A stretch of DNA of 64,000 nt, from contig OX597819.1 in assembly GCA_951406725.2 (NCBI GenBank), positions 64,728,001 to 64,792,000 on the forward strand, in the 5' to 3' direction. Below, in pieces: positions 14,462-29,126 of the stretch. This stretch comes from Octopus vulgaris (Eukaryota). Made by a program: the position numbers and the translations under genes. The stretch's first letter is position 1; the number at the start of each line of letters is the position of its first letter. Below the pieces are notes generated by a model. It was not told the DNA's origin. It searched no databases and saw nothing but the letters and a program-made list of their open reading frames with translations.

Positions 14462-14507
14462 CTAAACAACAGCAACAATAACGTTAATTGGAATTACCAT
14501 TGCCATC

Positions 14508-14815
<308 letters not shown>

Positions 14816-14854
14816 CACGCATCAGATTAGAATGTTGGAGAAACAAAAATCCTA

Positions 14855-15110
14855 ACATCGGTCTACAACAAATAACCTTAGATGCCAAGAACTTTCCTAA
14901 GTATCCTAGTTGTCTCTACTAATGCTGTTTCTGCTGCTGTACTAAACTGAGTTTTATGCGTATTTCATCTATTGTTCTCTTCAAATCTTTAAGGATAGTT
15001 CCCAATGCAACTATTGGGATACATTTTAGCTGCTCTTTCTAAAGTCTCTGTAATTCAATGACTAGGTCTTGTAGTTTTCTATTTTATTTCTATAAATGCG
15101 GTTAAACAAG
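14855..15110 (-). mobile_element. R4/Dong-type (REL endonuclease) LINE 3' relic
   Basis: Minus strand gives CIPIVALGTILKDL...TTRILRKVLGI*, like the VPVVxGALG...LLGTARILRKVL terminus. The 3' end points into a TAA tract. Confidence 0.65.
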
Positions 15111-15889
15111 AGTTTTCCATCTAATTTCCATTGAAAACTATTGAGGTTTTTGATACAACATACCAGAAGGAAGTTTGGACATGAATTTTGCAGCTAGACG
15201 ACAGCATAAACCATAGCGAGACGTATATCTATAACAAGCAATTTCGAAAACGTATCCTTGACCAAATTTGAGACTCAATTAATGCAAAAACTTAATGCAT
15301 GGTCATGAAGCAACTCTCTACGTACGGTGTATTTATGACATCGTCTACACCTGAACATTTTGGCTGGATAACTTTTGCAATTTTGTGAATATTTTTCAAA
15401 ACAAGTATTGTTGTATGTCCAATGCAAAATTCTCCTCTAGGTTTCCAGAAATTGTGTCCAATCCTTGGACACAAAATTAATATTTCGGAAGTCCGAATAG
15501 AGTCAGATTTACTTTTAAACACCGCGTTATTTCATATCTAACTTCATCGCCACTCCAATCGTTCACGTCTTACAATTATGTCAAATTCGAAACCCCAGTT
15601 TTTGAGGTTAACAGGGATTTGTACTGATATAAGGTAATACTAGAAACATGTAAAAGCTTTTGTACACCATTATGTCAATCGCGGTTATAGTTTATTATGT
15701 TGAAAGAAACTCACAAATGACTTACGTAAAATTCGGAAGGAAAGTCAAACGTCCACAAATAAAATTCGAGATTAAATGGCACCGAAGTTTTGCTGCCATT
15801 TCAAGTGTTGCATGAGATTCACTGGCATATTTCAGAAAAATAAATCGTCATTTCAGACGAATATTCCCTCCTTCCTCTATTGTAGCCTT

Positions 15890-17155
15890 TTAAACGGAAG
15901 AAAAATATACGAATTTCTGAAATGCCTTATATTTACATAAACATTAGCCCTAATACCAACAACACTACCACTGGAGTTTCTGCACTCTGCACTCACAAAA
16001 CATAACCACAAGAGAGGTAAGTGCTGTTCATTGAGTTCAGTCAATTCCATCAAAAACGATAACAGAAGTGTTATGATTTCTACATAATTTGTACATAATT
16101 TAGGACGTGTAATGATCCTCAGTGTCTGCACGCAACGGAATGCACCAAACACTTTGTACAAGGGCTACATTAATGAATCGATGACCGACGAACGATTAGG
16201 ATCTCGGAACATCTCAGACAACTTTTCGTATGGTGCCCGAATTGCTCTGTGCGGAGGCATTCCACTGGACTTCTTCATTGGTAATCGATCGGTAAGACAT
16301 ATTTTGCATAAAGACCTGCATTTCTACCCGTACATATTGGTCAGTGGCCAACAGTTGAAACCATGGGACAATGGACAGGAGCTTAACTTCACACTGCAGT
16401 TGGAAGCAATTTTTGAGGCAAATGACAGATTCATGTTGTTAATGAGGAATGAAGCACATTTTTATCTCAGTGGCATGGGATAACAACAGAACCGTCGTTA
16501 TTGGGCTCTTAAAAATCCGAGAACTACACGAAATACCACTGCTCAGCCTAAAAGTGACGGCCTTGTGTGCTGTTTGAGAACCTGCCGTCATTGGTCCTTA
16601 CTTTATTTGAAGACAATAATGGAAATGCTGTTACTGCGAACTTTGAACGTTACATGGAGAGATAAGCAAATTCTTTGTGCTTGAATTACAACGAATACCT
16701 ATGCCTCTTCGACGTGTGTGGTTTCAGCAGGATGGGGCGACGGCCCACACAGCCAGAGCATTAATGGACGTTCTTAGCCCTCACTTCACCGACTGGCTCA
16801 TTTCTAGGTTTGGTGACATTCTTTGGCCCCGTTGGTCCCATGATCTATGGGGACACCTCAGGGCTAGTGTATATGTGCCTTCGCCCCGTACATTAGACGA
16901 TATGAAGGAAGATATTCACATGAAAGCCGTTCAAATCGAGAGAGCAATGTAGGAGACAGTGGACCCAACTTCCAAGAACTCTTTCGAAAATGCATCAATG
17001 AAAACGGACACCACATGATGGATATTATTTTCCGCACTTACCATTGACAAATGGTAAATCAATACAAAATCATTGATGTCAATAAAATTTGTTTGCAGCT
17101 AAAATTAATGATTTTGTTAATATTTCAGAAACTTCATTCCTCTCTGCCCCACCCA

Positions 17156-17158
<3 letters not shown>
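15890..17158 (+). mobile_element. Decayed Tc1/mariner-superfamily element, probably DD41D (rosa/Visitor) type
   Basis: Motifs LHFYPY, NEAHFYLSG (for DEAHF), NRRYW, WFQQDGATAHTA, LISRFGDILWP..DL, WGHLRASVY. Right end is ...tgccccacccag-TA; the left end is uncertain. Confidence 0.8.
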
Positions 17159-17236
<78 letters not shown>

Positions 17237-17502
17237 CACATACATATGTGTGTGGGTATGTGTGTGTTTGCTTAAATATATTTCGATATATGTCTGTATG
17301 TAAATATGTGTCAGCGTTTATAACGACATAATGTGCGTTAAGAGGATGATTGGAATTAATCAATTCTGAAGAAAATATTCCGAAAATAATGGATTCCTCC
17401 CTTTCTGCTTTCGTAATCTTCTCAACTCTGCTTGTTAATTCTATTATCTGCATATCAACATATCAACGCTAATGTCATCACCTTCATCCTCTACCTTCGC
17501 CT

Positions 17503-17543
<41 letters not shown>

Positions 17544-18239
17544 CCCTTATCTCAGCACTTTACTCCTCTTCATCACCATCATCACCCCTACCTCCGCCAC
17601 TGTCATCAACACCAAGAACAGCAATACTATAATCCTATCTATGCCAGTTGCAATATGTTCACCATTATCTTTAACCTCATCACTTCCTTATCATTATCTT
17701 CACCACCATATTTACGACAACAGGTTCGAGAAACCCCACAACTGCACCAATTTTTTCCCCCACCAGTTTCCTGTTTATTATATCATCCTCAATATTCATT
17801 CTTATCATCATCTGCAAAATGTGCCTCAAAAAACGCTCTAATATTTTGTTTGCTTTCATTTTCTACATTTACTCATTATTATCAGTATCATCGTCTTTAT
17901 ATTGTTTATTTTAACCTATTCATTTCTGTGGCGTTATTCATCATCCCCTCAGCAGCAGTACCATCGTCATCATCATCATTATCATCATCATAATTGTAAA
18001 GACTAATAGCAGCTTCTTTGTCATATTCTTCTTTATCATATTTCAAATCTGCTTTATCCCAAGAAACAAAATATGGCACACCTCATTCAATGTTGTTGTA
18101 TAGTTTTGTCATTATTACACACCTGACTCTTTCTAAATTTCTCTCTTCTAATCTTCATCAAAAATAGCATCAATGCCTTCAGCATCATCATCGTCGTCAT
18201 CGTCCTCCTCCTCCACTTCCTCCACCTCATCATTATCAG

Positions 18240-18271
<32 letters not shown>

Positions 18272-19124
18272 GTCATCATCGTCATCATCATGATTATTAT
18301 CATCACCCTCGCCGTGGTCGTAGTCGTCGCCATTGCTATATCCAACATCATCGCCACACTCTTTTTCTTTTCCTACACGTCCTTCGCTAAATTTTGATAA
18401 TCACCACTATCTGCAGCAGTAGCAATATCAACATCATCATAATCAACATCAACATCATCATCATTGTTGACGTCGTCGTCGTCGTGATGATGATCATCAT
18501 CATTCTAATCATCAGAATCATGATCATCCTGGTCATTCGCATCACGATCATCATCATCAGCAGCAGCAACAGTACCACCAAAACCACCACCACCACCACT
18601 ATTATTATCATCAATCTGATTATTGTTATCATACACACGAATAGCAGAATCTGAGTTATCGCTTTCATATCATAATTGTCATAATTTTTTTCTCCTTGAA
18701 TACGATTCAAATATGTTTCCTTCAAAATTCATAAAAGTCCCTATAGACACCGTGTAAAATTCGGGACACATTTAAACTAACCGAAGAACAATATTATTAA
18801 TTTTTTAATTATTTGGTATCACTTATAGTCTGAGGTGACATATATTGGTCAAAACTTATAAAATAATAAGCGGCGCGTATTCGATTTTTTGGAGTATGCA
18901 TGAAGCGTCGATATTACACATTGCCTTTCGAATTTTCTGGAGAAACGTAAAGAAAGCAGTTGAAAGTGTTTGTGTATGTGTGAAAGTGCGTGTGTATGGA
19001 GAGAGTGAGAGAGAAAGAGAGAGAGAGAGAGAGAAAGAGAGGTGTATTTCAATTTCTTAATTGAACAAGTTTGACTTAAAGACTTTATCTTTTCTCCTAC
19101 GCATAAACGCGTATATATTTTTAT

Positions 19125-20568
19125 CTTTAATTCTCTAAACATAATAATTGTCATCATAATAATGCAAAAAGACGGAGTTTAATGTTATCACGTTCATCAA
19201 CGCCATCATCAAGTTTTCTTTGTATTTTGTTTTCGTTTAAAATCCATTTCTGTAATTTTCCTCAACGCTTACATAATTACGGATAATAATGGCAACCTCA
19301 TCATTTTTATTGTAAAGAGAGGAGAAACAAAGAAATTGAGAGGTAGAAAGAAAGTTGGATGGTTTGAGAAAACGAGCGAAAATGAAACGTCTGGCTTCAA
19401 ATAAACCAGCGGGGAATCACCGACGCCATAATCATTCAATGCCAAATCGGTTGTGCCGAAATGTCTTATACGCTCTATCCTTCAGGCATGGTGGTGTTAA
19501 TGTCATTTATTACGCTATTGCAATCATGCTGAACGCATTTCATTCAGTTTACGTGCAGGGTTAATTAGTGACAATTACGTTGCAGACAAATGGAATGGTG
19601 TGAATTTTTCTGTTAGCCGAGTTTATCGTAAAGATAATACTACTCCAGATTCTTTACGCTAGGCACTAAATATTTTGGACGATGCATTTTAGAAACATTC
19701 TAAATTTTGGATGGTAGAGTTTCCACTTATACATCAAATCTCCACATTCTTTTAAAAATCAGAAACTATGACACTTTGGCTAGACTGCACGTACAACACT
19801 ATTATGATGTATTTGAAAGGTGTTAAATCTAATGAAATGAGATTATATTAGCTTTAAAACTTTAGGTTTGCTAAGTATATGGAGGAGCACTTTGCTATTT
19901 TGTGTCAAATTGTCTCAAATAAGCTTCTAAACATGCCTCTTTATTTCCCTGATTCCTTCCTTTCTCTGTGTTTTGCATGTACCGTTACTTAAGCTTTTTT
20001 TTTAATTTTACCTATAATTATGTGTTTATAATTACTGTTGATCTCTCATTCACACCTTGTGGAAATTTCCAGTGTTTAGCGTTTATTGTTGTCGTGAATA
20101 TGTTCCTTTCTCTTTTCTCGACAACTTCGGTCTCTGTCGCCATCGCAACTAATAATTCATATGAAGAAGGCAAACCAAATGGAAGCAGAAATAATAATCA
20201 CCATAATCATCATCGTAATCATCCTCCCCCTCCTCCTCATCGCCGTCATCGTCGTCGTCCTTTTAATTTAATTATGCAATGTGACATGGCAGCAGAAGTT
20301 AAAAATATAAAATCTTTCTCATGTCATGTGATAAAATTTTATTTTTAAACGTAATTTATTTTCGTCATTTAAAAGCTTATTTCATTAAAATTCATTAATT
20401 AATTTTGTTGAATGTATTTTCAACGCATTTATTGTCATTATCCTTCTATATTTCTTGTTTAAAATTATAATTGTTTTTAGCATTGTTAATATCGCCCCTA
20501 AATAAATTTGCATCTTCTCTTTCCTTCAACCCTCCTCCTCCTCCTCCTTCTTCTTCTTCTTCTTCTTC

Positions 20569-20632
<64 letters not shown>

Positions 20633-20958
20633 AATTATTGTTGCAGTTGTGATTGTTATAAATATTATAATTATAATTATTATTAGTAGTAGTAGTAATA
20701 GTAGCAGAAGCAGGAGCAGATGTAGGCGGAGAAGGGGAGCGAGGTGGTGGAGGATTGTGTGTCTTCGTCTTTAATTTTCTAAATATCATAATTGTCATTG
20801 TAATTATTCTCCTGGTAAAGAAAAAGAGACGAAGTTTATTACCACCACGATCATCATCAACGTAACCATCAAATTTTCTTGTTTTCATTTAAAATCCATT
20901 TCGGTATTTTCATCAACACAAAATTACAGACGATAATGACAACTTCACCATCTGTATC
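19125..20958 (+). repeat. Diverged ~190-bp direct duplication (19125-19310 and 20768-20958)
   Basis: Shared blocks tctttaatt(c/t)tctaaa..ataattgtcat, catcaacg..catcaa, tttaaaatccatttc, ataatg(g/a)caac occur in the same order. Confidence 0.75.
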
Positions 20959-20964
20959 GTTCTT

Positions 20965-21093
<129 letters not shown>

Positions 21094-22644
21094 GTTGTTG
21101 TTGTTGTTGCTGTTGTTGTTGTTAATATTATGATTATTATTATTGTTATCCTCTTCTTTCAATTTTGTTTCCATATCTTACCGAGTGTCTTCCCTACAAC
21201 TAGAGCAACGGAACTCACTGTATACAGTCGTAGGTCTTTAATTGCTGCCAGCATATCAAAAATTTAAGTTTACTGAAAACTTAAAAATTTGGCAAAATAA
21301 TACATTGCCCAGACTGAATTGCTGGAGTTATTTCATTTTTTCCAGAAAAACGTTTTTGCTTTTAAAGTTATAGAGGTTTAAATTTTTATCATTTTCATCC
21401 AGTCAGGAAACCGGATTTGGAAGGTATCATTTTGTGCGTGAGTCCGCATTTTGTCGTCGACACCCGAAAATAGTATTTGTTGTCAATATTTGTAAACAAC
21501 ACGTGTTATGTCTCCGGTAATTTTTTTCATATAAATAAATTTTATTTAGCTGTTGCTTTTAATACGCCTCACAACAATCTCAATGCTAATTGCAAATGCG
21601 ATAAACAACGCGTTATATGAGATAAACACATTACAGTTTTTAACAATAAGATTTGGAATAATTAGATGAAAGTTCTCCAATAATTTTATTTTATGTAAAT
21701 AAATTTTTATGTTAATTAAAAAATTTGCCAGTAAAATCGTATACAATGACAATGTTCTAAAAGATGTACATATTTATATGTTATATATGATGTTAAGAGT
21801 GAACAAAATATGTTTACAAAACAAACATTTAAGCTCACAATAAGCAACACATTACAAAATATTTTTGAAATTGAAAACGCAAGTTAGAAATACTTTCAAT
21901 TAATAATCAAAACCTGCTTCTTCACAGGTAAGATACTTTTCAAAGAATGCTATCAACACTTGTTTTCTCACAGGCTTTTCAAAGACTGTTACGTTTGCAA
22001 CAAGCAAAAGAGTTTTCATGTACCGCTTTTTACTATCGAAGCAGTCATGAATGTGACTGTGGCTTACGACAGGCTAAATTTACCAAACTTTTCAAACTTT
22101 AACTACTGATACCTCTTTATATACTGACTTATAGCAAAATTATTTTCCCACCATTATTTAACCTACAAAAGTGTATCATTATGGTGAATATGAAATCAAT
22201 TCGAACAGAATTGATGTTGGCAGCCATACAGAAAAGATCTGGAAAAAGGAAAGAAAAAAAGAGTAAAACACCAGAAAATGAAGGGGGAAAAGGAACCAAA
22301 TTTCACTGCGACTATACTCTAGTCAGTAATTAGGAACATTTTTGAAATTTAGTTATTTTGGTGCTGCCATGTACTATACACTTTTCTTTCCACATTTTCA
22401 TACACATAAAAAAGCATCTCCATATAAGTAATTGCGTTCACCGTATGTCCACGTGTGTCTTAGTTGTGTAAAATTGCTCATTTCGAAATTATATTATCTT
22501 CAAAATTATTTTATATAATATATTGATCTCTTCGTGTGTCAGCCATTTTCCTTATATAGAAGACGATATGCTCTCTTTAAGATAAGTGCTGCTTTAAGGC
22601 AAGCTTGTTGACATTTGTCACAACCTTGGGTAAATTCCAATATA

Positions 22645-24264
22645 CAGTGGCAGCCAAAGTGTTCAGAACGGCATTGTTTTCATCAGAAAAGTAGATATAA
22701 TTTTTTATCAAAGTTGTTTTATATTCTATAACTTTCACAGGCAATAAATACGATATTATTCGTTATTGCCTGAGATTTTGGTGTAATTTGAGAGGATAAT
22801 ACAAAAGTTATGGATGATTTAGTGATTTACTGCAAAACCCATGGCGGCCAAAATGATCTGAACGGTTGCTTTTACTCCGTGTTTTAGTATATTTAACCGG
22901 TGAACTCTAATGTTTTGAATTTGTTTACGTGGCGGTTCGTTTACTAAACATTAATAAGAATATTTGCAGTGTACTTTGTTATTATAATGCCACTTACTCG
23001 GTTACCATTTCATCGGCAGATTATTAAGCTTCGAAGGAAGGATAATTTAAGTATTGGATCTATTGCAAAGATGTTTAACAAGTCAAAAAGTGTTGTACAC
23101 GGTATTCTTAAGGTCTACGATGATTGTGGTTCGTGTGAAGCAAGAAAGTTTACAGGTAGGCCAAGAAAAACGACCAAGAGAGAAGATCGTGCTATGGTAA
23201 AGTTGGTTAAAAAGGACAGATTTAAAACTGCTGCTGCTGTTTCTCGGAAAATGAGCATTGTATTCAAGAAAACTTTATCTCGAAAAGCTGTCTCGTCGTT
23301 TAGTTGAACATGACAAGCAAGAGCACCTGCAGTGAAACCACTGATCAGCTCCAAGAATAAAAAGTGTCGTCTTACCTTTGCAACTGAACATGTGTTGTGG
23401 TCTCAAGAAAAATGGCAAGCGGTGCATTTCAGTGATGAATCTAAGTTTATGTTATTTGGCTCAGATGGGAAAAGGTACGTTCGTTGAAAAGTAGGTGAAA
23501 AATTGTCGCCTATGCCTTAAGACTAGTGTTAAATTCGGTGGAGGAAGTGTCATGGTTTGGGGGATGATATCTGGAGATGGTGTGGGCCCTTTGGTGCGAT
23601 TGCATGGAAAGGTAAATGCAGGAGTTTATAAACAACTTGTAAAAGATCATGTCTTGCCTGTGCTGAGAAATTCAACTAAGCAACCACCCATATTCATGCA
23701 GGACAATGCCCCATGTCACATGGCTAAGGTGGTCATGAACTTCCTCAAGGCTGAAAAGGCTATATTGTTATGGATTGGCCTGCTCAAAGCCCAGATCTCA
23801 ATCCTATTGAAAATGTATGGAATATTCTAGGAGAACGTTCGAAAGCCAGAAATCCTAAAACATCTGAGCAATTATGGAATGCCCTTCAGGAAGAATGGAA
23901 TAAGATCACCCAGCAAGAAATTGAAAATTTAATTTCCTCATGCAGTCGAAGATGTCAGAGTGTGTTTGAAGCTAAAGGGCTTCACACAAAATATTAAATA
24001 ATTCCAGTATCCTCTGTCATTTTTGATTATTTTGTTATTTTTTCAACTGTTCTGATCATTTTGGCCGCCATGGGTTTTGCAGTAAATCGCTAAATCATCC
24101 ATAACTTTTGTATTATCCTCTCAAATTACACCAAAATCTCAAACAATAACAATTAATATTGTATTTATTGTCTGTGAAAATTATAGAATATAAAACTACT
24201 TTGATAAAACCTTATACTTACTTTTCTGACGAAAACAATGCCGTTCTGAACACTTTGGCCGCAA

Positions 24265-24267
<3 letters not shown>
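22645..24267 (+). mobile_element. Full-length Tc1 DNA transposon with ~220-bp IR/DR-type TIRs and TA target duplication
   Basis: TA-CAGTGGCAGCCAAAGTGTTCAGAACGG ... CCGTTCTGAACACTTTGGCCGCAACTG-TA. Inner DR atggcggccaaaatgatctgaacgg at ~22841 is mirrored at ~24044-24071. Confidence 0.97.
22987..23997 (+). pseudogene. Tc1 DD34E transposase, frameshifted and with in-frame stop
   Basis: HTH N-terminus, GRPRKTT, FSDESKF, VKFGGGSVMVWG, FMQDNAPCH and WPAQSPDLNPIENVW are spread over several frames. Confidence 0.95.
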
Positions 24268-24314
<47 letters not shown>

Positions 24315-24321
<7 letters not shown>

Positions 24322-25050
24322 AACATTTGTCACTCCTTTACCTTTTATTACATCCCCCATTCCTTCTATCTTACACTATAACACCTTTCTCTCCCTATCA
24401 CCCTTGATCCCCCCATTCCTACTTTCAAATTATCTCCACTGACCACTAACTGTTACAATTTCCCTTATCTATAACTTTGTTTTTCTTTTTCTTTTTCTTT
24501 CCTTTTTTTATTCTTCTCTTCTTGTTTTTTTATTTTTTATTATTTTATTATCTTATTATGTTTTCTTACTTTTTTCCTATTCTCTCATTTTTCTCTTTTT
24601 CTCTTGTTTTTCTCTTGTTTTTCTCTTTCTTTATTCTTGTCTTCCTGTTTTAGATTTAGCCCTACTAATACCCTCCCTATTTTTAGGGCACTCTAAATAA
24701 AGCCCTTGATTCAGTAACACTGTGTATAAACTCTAAACTTGGAATTGCTAATTTTAAATACTATTGGATTTTACTCATAAGGTATTGGAATCTGATATGT
24801 ATACCATTCTGTCTAAAAAATGGATCTACAAATATCCCTGCATATCTCACATCTATTTCCTTTATTTCCTCCGCCTCACTCTCTATTTTATATTTTATAA
24901 AAATTAACTATTTCTTAACCACTATCTCCCACCGTCTCCGATGAAGGGATAAAATAAATATCCTAGAAACAGCTGTAAGATATTCTATCTATAAATGCTC
25001 TAAAATCTACACAGCCTTGGTTTTATTATCTCATTAGGAAAACATATTTT
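24315..25050 (+). mobile_element. Probable Penelope-like element 3' end / pseudo-LTR next to (TA)n
   Basis: A pyrimidine-rich stretch is followed by a minimal hammerhead motif, and both ends are TA-rich. No coding evidence. Confidence 0.5.
24934..24981 (+). ncRNA. Minimal type-I hammerhead ribozyme motif (U4C variant)
   Basis: gtct-CCGATGA-a-gggata[loop]tatcct-a-GAAA-cagctg (palindromic stem III)-TA-agat. Confidence 0.7.
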
Positions 25051-25439
25051 ATATATATGCGCAAACATATATGCGTATATGTAGGATTTAAAATGTTGAG
25101 GAAAAGTATTAGAAAATAATTTTTCTAGATTGATTCTATCATAGGATGAGACAAAACTCTGTCTACAGGAATGAGATCTTATATTTGAGGTTTTTACAGG
25201 GTCTTACATTTGAGCAGGTAACGGAAAGAAGTTCATATTCTCTATTTCTTTAATATTGAGTGTAAGCTGGACATTTTGTTTATATAAACATATATATATA
25301 TGTTTATATTTATTAGTTCAGCAAAAATTTAGATTCAAATGAATATGGTACTTAATTTAGATGCACCAGAATTTTGTATGGTGTTATCCATAAAAATCCG
25401 TGGGGTGATTATAATCAAAATAAGCAACAAACCTGTATA

Positions 25440-25568
25440 TCATCATCATTCAATGTCTGTTTTCCATGCTGGCATGGTTTGACTGGGGACAGGCAAGCCA
25501 GGAGTCTGCACCAGCCTCCAATCGGATCTGGCAGTGTTTCGAAAGCTGGATGACCTTCCTAACGCCTC
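25440..25568 (-). mobile_element. Family F retroposon 3' fragment
   Basis: catcatcattcaatgtctgttttccatgctggcatgg...gctggatgaccttcctaacgcc matches 660-800. Confidence 0.7.
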
Positions 25569-25685
25569 GTTGCTTATTTTGCTTATTTATATTTATATAT
25601 ATTTCCTGTATTTTACGTATTAACATAGGAAGATGTTATACATTGATCTGTCTAACTTGCTTATAGCCACGTTTATATATATAGA

Positions 25686-25716
<31 letters not shown>

Positions 25717-25999
25717 TTGTATGTGTGTGCGCGTGTGCGTATACACATTTTTATTTCTAAAAGTGAAAATATAAAAATATCACAAACAACCGCTACATTT
25801 AGCTACCACTTCGTCGGACAGCTTACATTAAAAATGTAGCAAAATAAATATTTTGTTCCATTCTCAGTCTAAACTCTACGATGAACAAACTCTGAGTAGC
25901 AACTTTTGAGATGTTTCTGTGTTGATTTTGCAGCTTTCATACTAATAAATTTCTCACTAATATTTTCCCCACCTTATTTCACATTTATGTACCTTCATT

Positions 26000-26091
<92 letters not shown>

Positions 26092-26094
26092 TAT

Positions 26095-26153
<59 letters not shown>

Positions 26154-26394
26154 TATATACATATATATATATATATACAAATATAAGACTGCATAAAATA
26201 TTTTTATGCACAAACAAGAGAACATTGACAGACTCCCTACATCCTAAAAAGGCCAGTGTATAAAAATATTTCATACACGCTTACATTAAAAAAAATATTA
26301 TGTCATATGACTATCATTTATGCATGCTAACCACTGGTAATAACTTATCTTAATTTATTACCCTCATATTTACGATATATACATCATGGCATTC

Positions 26395-26675
26395 CGACGA
26401 TTACGACGTTGAGGGTTCCAGTTGATCCGATCAAAGGAACAACCTGCTCGTGAAATTAACGTGCAAATGGTTGACCACTCCACAGACACTTGTGCATTTA
26501 ACGTGGTTCTCGGGGAAACTCAGTGTGACAAAGCTGGCCCTTTGAAATACAGGCAGAACGGAAACGAGAAAAACAAGTGGAGCTTTGGGTGTTTTCGCTC
26601 AATAAGCACTTAAAACACATGGTCTGGGAATCGAAACCGCGATTCCCTGCCATAACCACTAGGCCATTTCGCCTT
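26395..26675 (-). mobile_element. tRNA-derived SINE (family C)
   Basis: Minus-strand head tggcctagtggtt (A box) and ggtttcgattcc (B box). Body ctgctcgtgaaattaacgtgc is the reverse complement of ~28130-28150. Confidence 0.75.
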
Positions 26676-27173
26676 CGCATGATATGTTTATATATATGTA
26701 TATTTTTTTAATGCAATTAATCAACGGTAATGCAACACAAACGAGTTCTCGATATTATGCCTCCTGCTATAGAGTCCGTGTTGCATGATTTTGCAATCTT
26801 GTGGATTTGCCTTTCTATACGGAATTACTAATGATAATAGCAGTGATGACTATGCTTCCTTTCACTTATGGAAAGAACTATTAATGTTGTATTACTTTGA
26901 TGTAAGATTATTTTTCCAAAACCTTTCCTTTTGTATCCCTGGCTTTGAAACATCGATACACCGTTATCCGCAAGGCTTCCAATAACTTATATGTTCTAAA
27001 TTTATAATTGGACACGAAAAATTCCGAATGAAGTTCTAGCTGGATGCATAAAATACATAGAAATAGACAGGCCTTGCAGATGGGAATAACAAGAGCGATT
27101 GGTGTGTGTGAGTGTGTGTGCGCCCTTGTGTGTGATTGTGCGCGCTCGAATGTGTATTTGTGCGTATACATAC

Positions 27174-27243
<70 letters not shown>

Positions 27244-27632
27244 ATATATTTATACACTAAACAAATAATTAGAATGATGGAGGGGGAAAGGTAAATAAAC
27301 AGCATGTTAGTGAACAAGCTTCATTATTATCCCTTGAAAATATCAATTGCAAGTTAAATTGATGTTGAAGGCTTAGAGCGAAAGCGCTATTTTTATATTC
27401 GGCAGTTTAAGCCGAGCTTATTCATTAGTTTTCAATACTTGCAATTCCAGCATCCCTCAGGACCCGTTCCGAAATTACAGACTTTTGATAGGGGTGTCCT
27501 CTCATTTTGTATTAACCCTTAAACCGAGTGGTCAAACATATGCATACGCACTCACTCTATCGCGTACATTATATATACATACATACATATATAAATACAC
27601 ACACACACCATAATAATATATATTTATACGTG

Positions 27633-27709
<77 letters not shown>

Positions 27710-27899
27710 GGATATATGTATGTATGTATGAAATCAAAATACGGTGTGTATTCGAAAATTGGAGATATAACTTCCAGAAAGTAAATTAACGGATATATAA
27801 CCTGTCTATCTCTTCTTGCACACAAATATATAGAATATATTCTGCTCTTTCATTGGTAGCTGGCCATCCTCCGAAGTATAATCACTGCATGAATGCTCT

Positions 27900-28195
27900 C
27901 GACTAGGTGGTTAGGGCTACAGGATAACCATCGTGAGTTCGATGCGAGGCGGTGCGTTCCTTTCTTACTGTTTTTTCTCTTTTTTTTTAACATGACACTG
28001 TATCTCACCTAGCTTCAGTCCTTTCCGCTAGTAACAATGAGTAGCCCCTGTATCCACCAGGGCCAGTCTTCTAACATTCTACGTCACGACTGAATCTCTC
28101 TGAGAACCAATTCGGAATGCTCAGCTACTCGCACGTTAATTTCACGAGCAGACTGCTCCATTGATCGGCTCAACTGGATTCTGTTCTAACCGACA
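27900..28195 (+). mobile_element. tRNA-derived SINE (family C)
   Basis: gtggttaggg...gagttcgat head; gcacgttaatttcacgagcag..ttgatcgg.tcaactgg body. Confidence 0.7.
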
Positions 28196-29126
28196 TTGCC
28201 AGTTTGGTGCGTAATCACCGCACAAAATGATACCTTGTAAAATCAATTGCATAAATGGCAGCTACTGTGCAAGAGGGATTCATTTACATTTTATTCGAAT
28301 TTACAGAAATAATTCCATGTCAATCGGTGATAAACCGCATTATTTTCGTTATTTGTATATATATTGTCAGTGACATCATTCTGAAATGGCAACTCCAGTG
28401 AGAGCCCCAAGTGTTGTTTTACCCTCACTCTCATCTTACATTATTTGATATAAACAATAGAAGCCACTCATAACCCAGAATGCCCCGCTGCTCCTCAAAA
28501 TTAGTTCACTCACTTATGCTTCAAAACCTATAGAATCGGACTGTAGTATTTCCCAGTTCTAGCTGTTTAAAGGGAAAGTATTTGCTACATTTTGTGGCAT
28601 ACTGAATGGAGAACCAGCTCGTTTCAATCAGCACAAAACATTTGGGTGTGAAATGCGGTTCCTTTTTCCGAACTTACGTTTGTACACGTGTATACTGTGT
28701 AAGCGAGGAAGCAATCTTTCTTGACAGAAACTTTATAAATAATCTTGCATACCACAGTGAGTGGTTATCTCCGCATAAATTATAATCAATACCATATTCT
28801 ATTCCTTAGACATATGAGACGATCTGCCAAACATCAATCCTGTTATGTGCTACCTTCATTACCATAAAATCTTACATGCTTCAGAAAGTCATCTCAGCAG
28901 GATTTGAATGACTGATGTTTTTTAGTGATGTTGCATCTATCTGGTGTGTCTTTAGTCTATATAGAATACAAATATTTAACAATAATTATTCAGATGGATG
29001 AACTTTAAATGTGAATAAAACATCTAAATAAGTAGTTTACAGCATTTTTAATATTCAAGCCAAATAATTTTAGGGGGCAGACCAAAAAAGGGAAAACCCG
29101 AGTTAATTAAACACAGAAGCCTTTTC

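Noticed and set aside
21170-22400. Possible non-autonomous DNA transposon
   Set aside because: Only a short inverted match (gctgcca.cat / atgttggcagc); no defensible termini.
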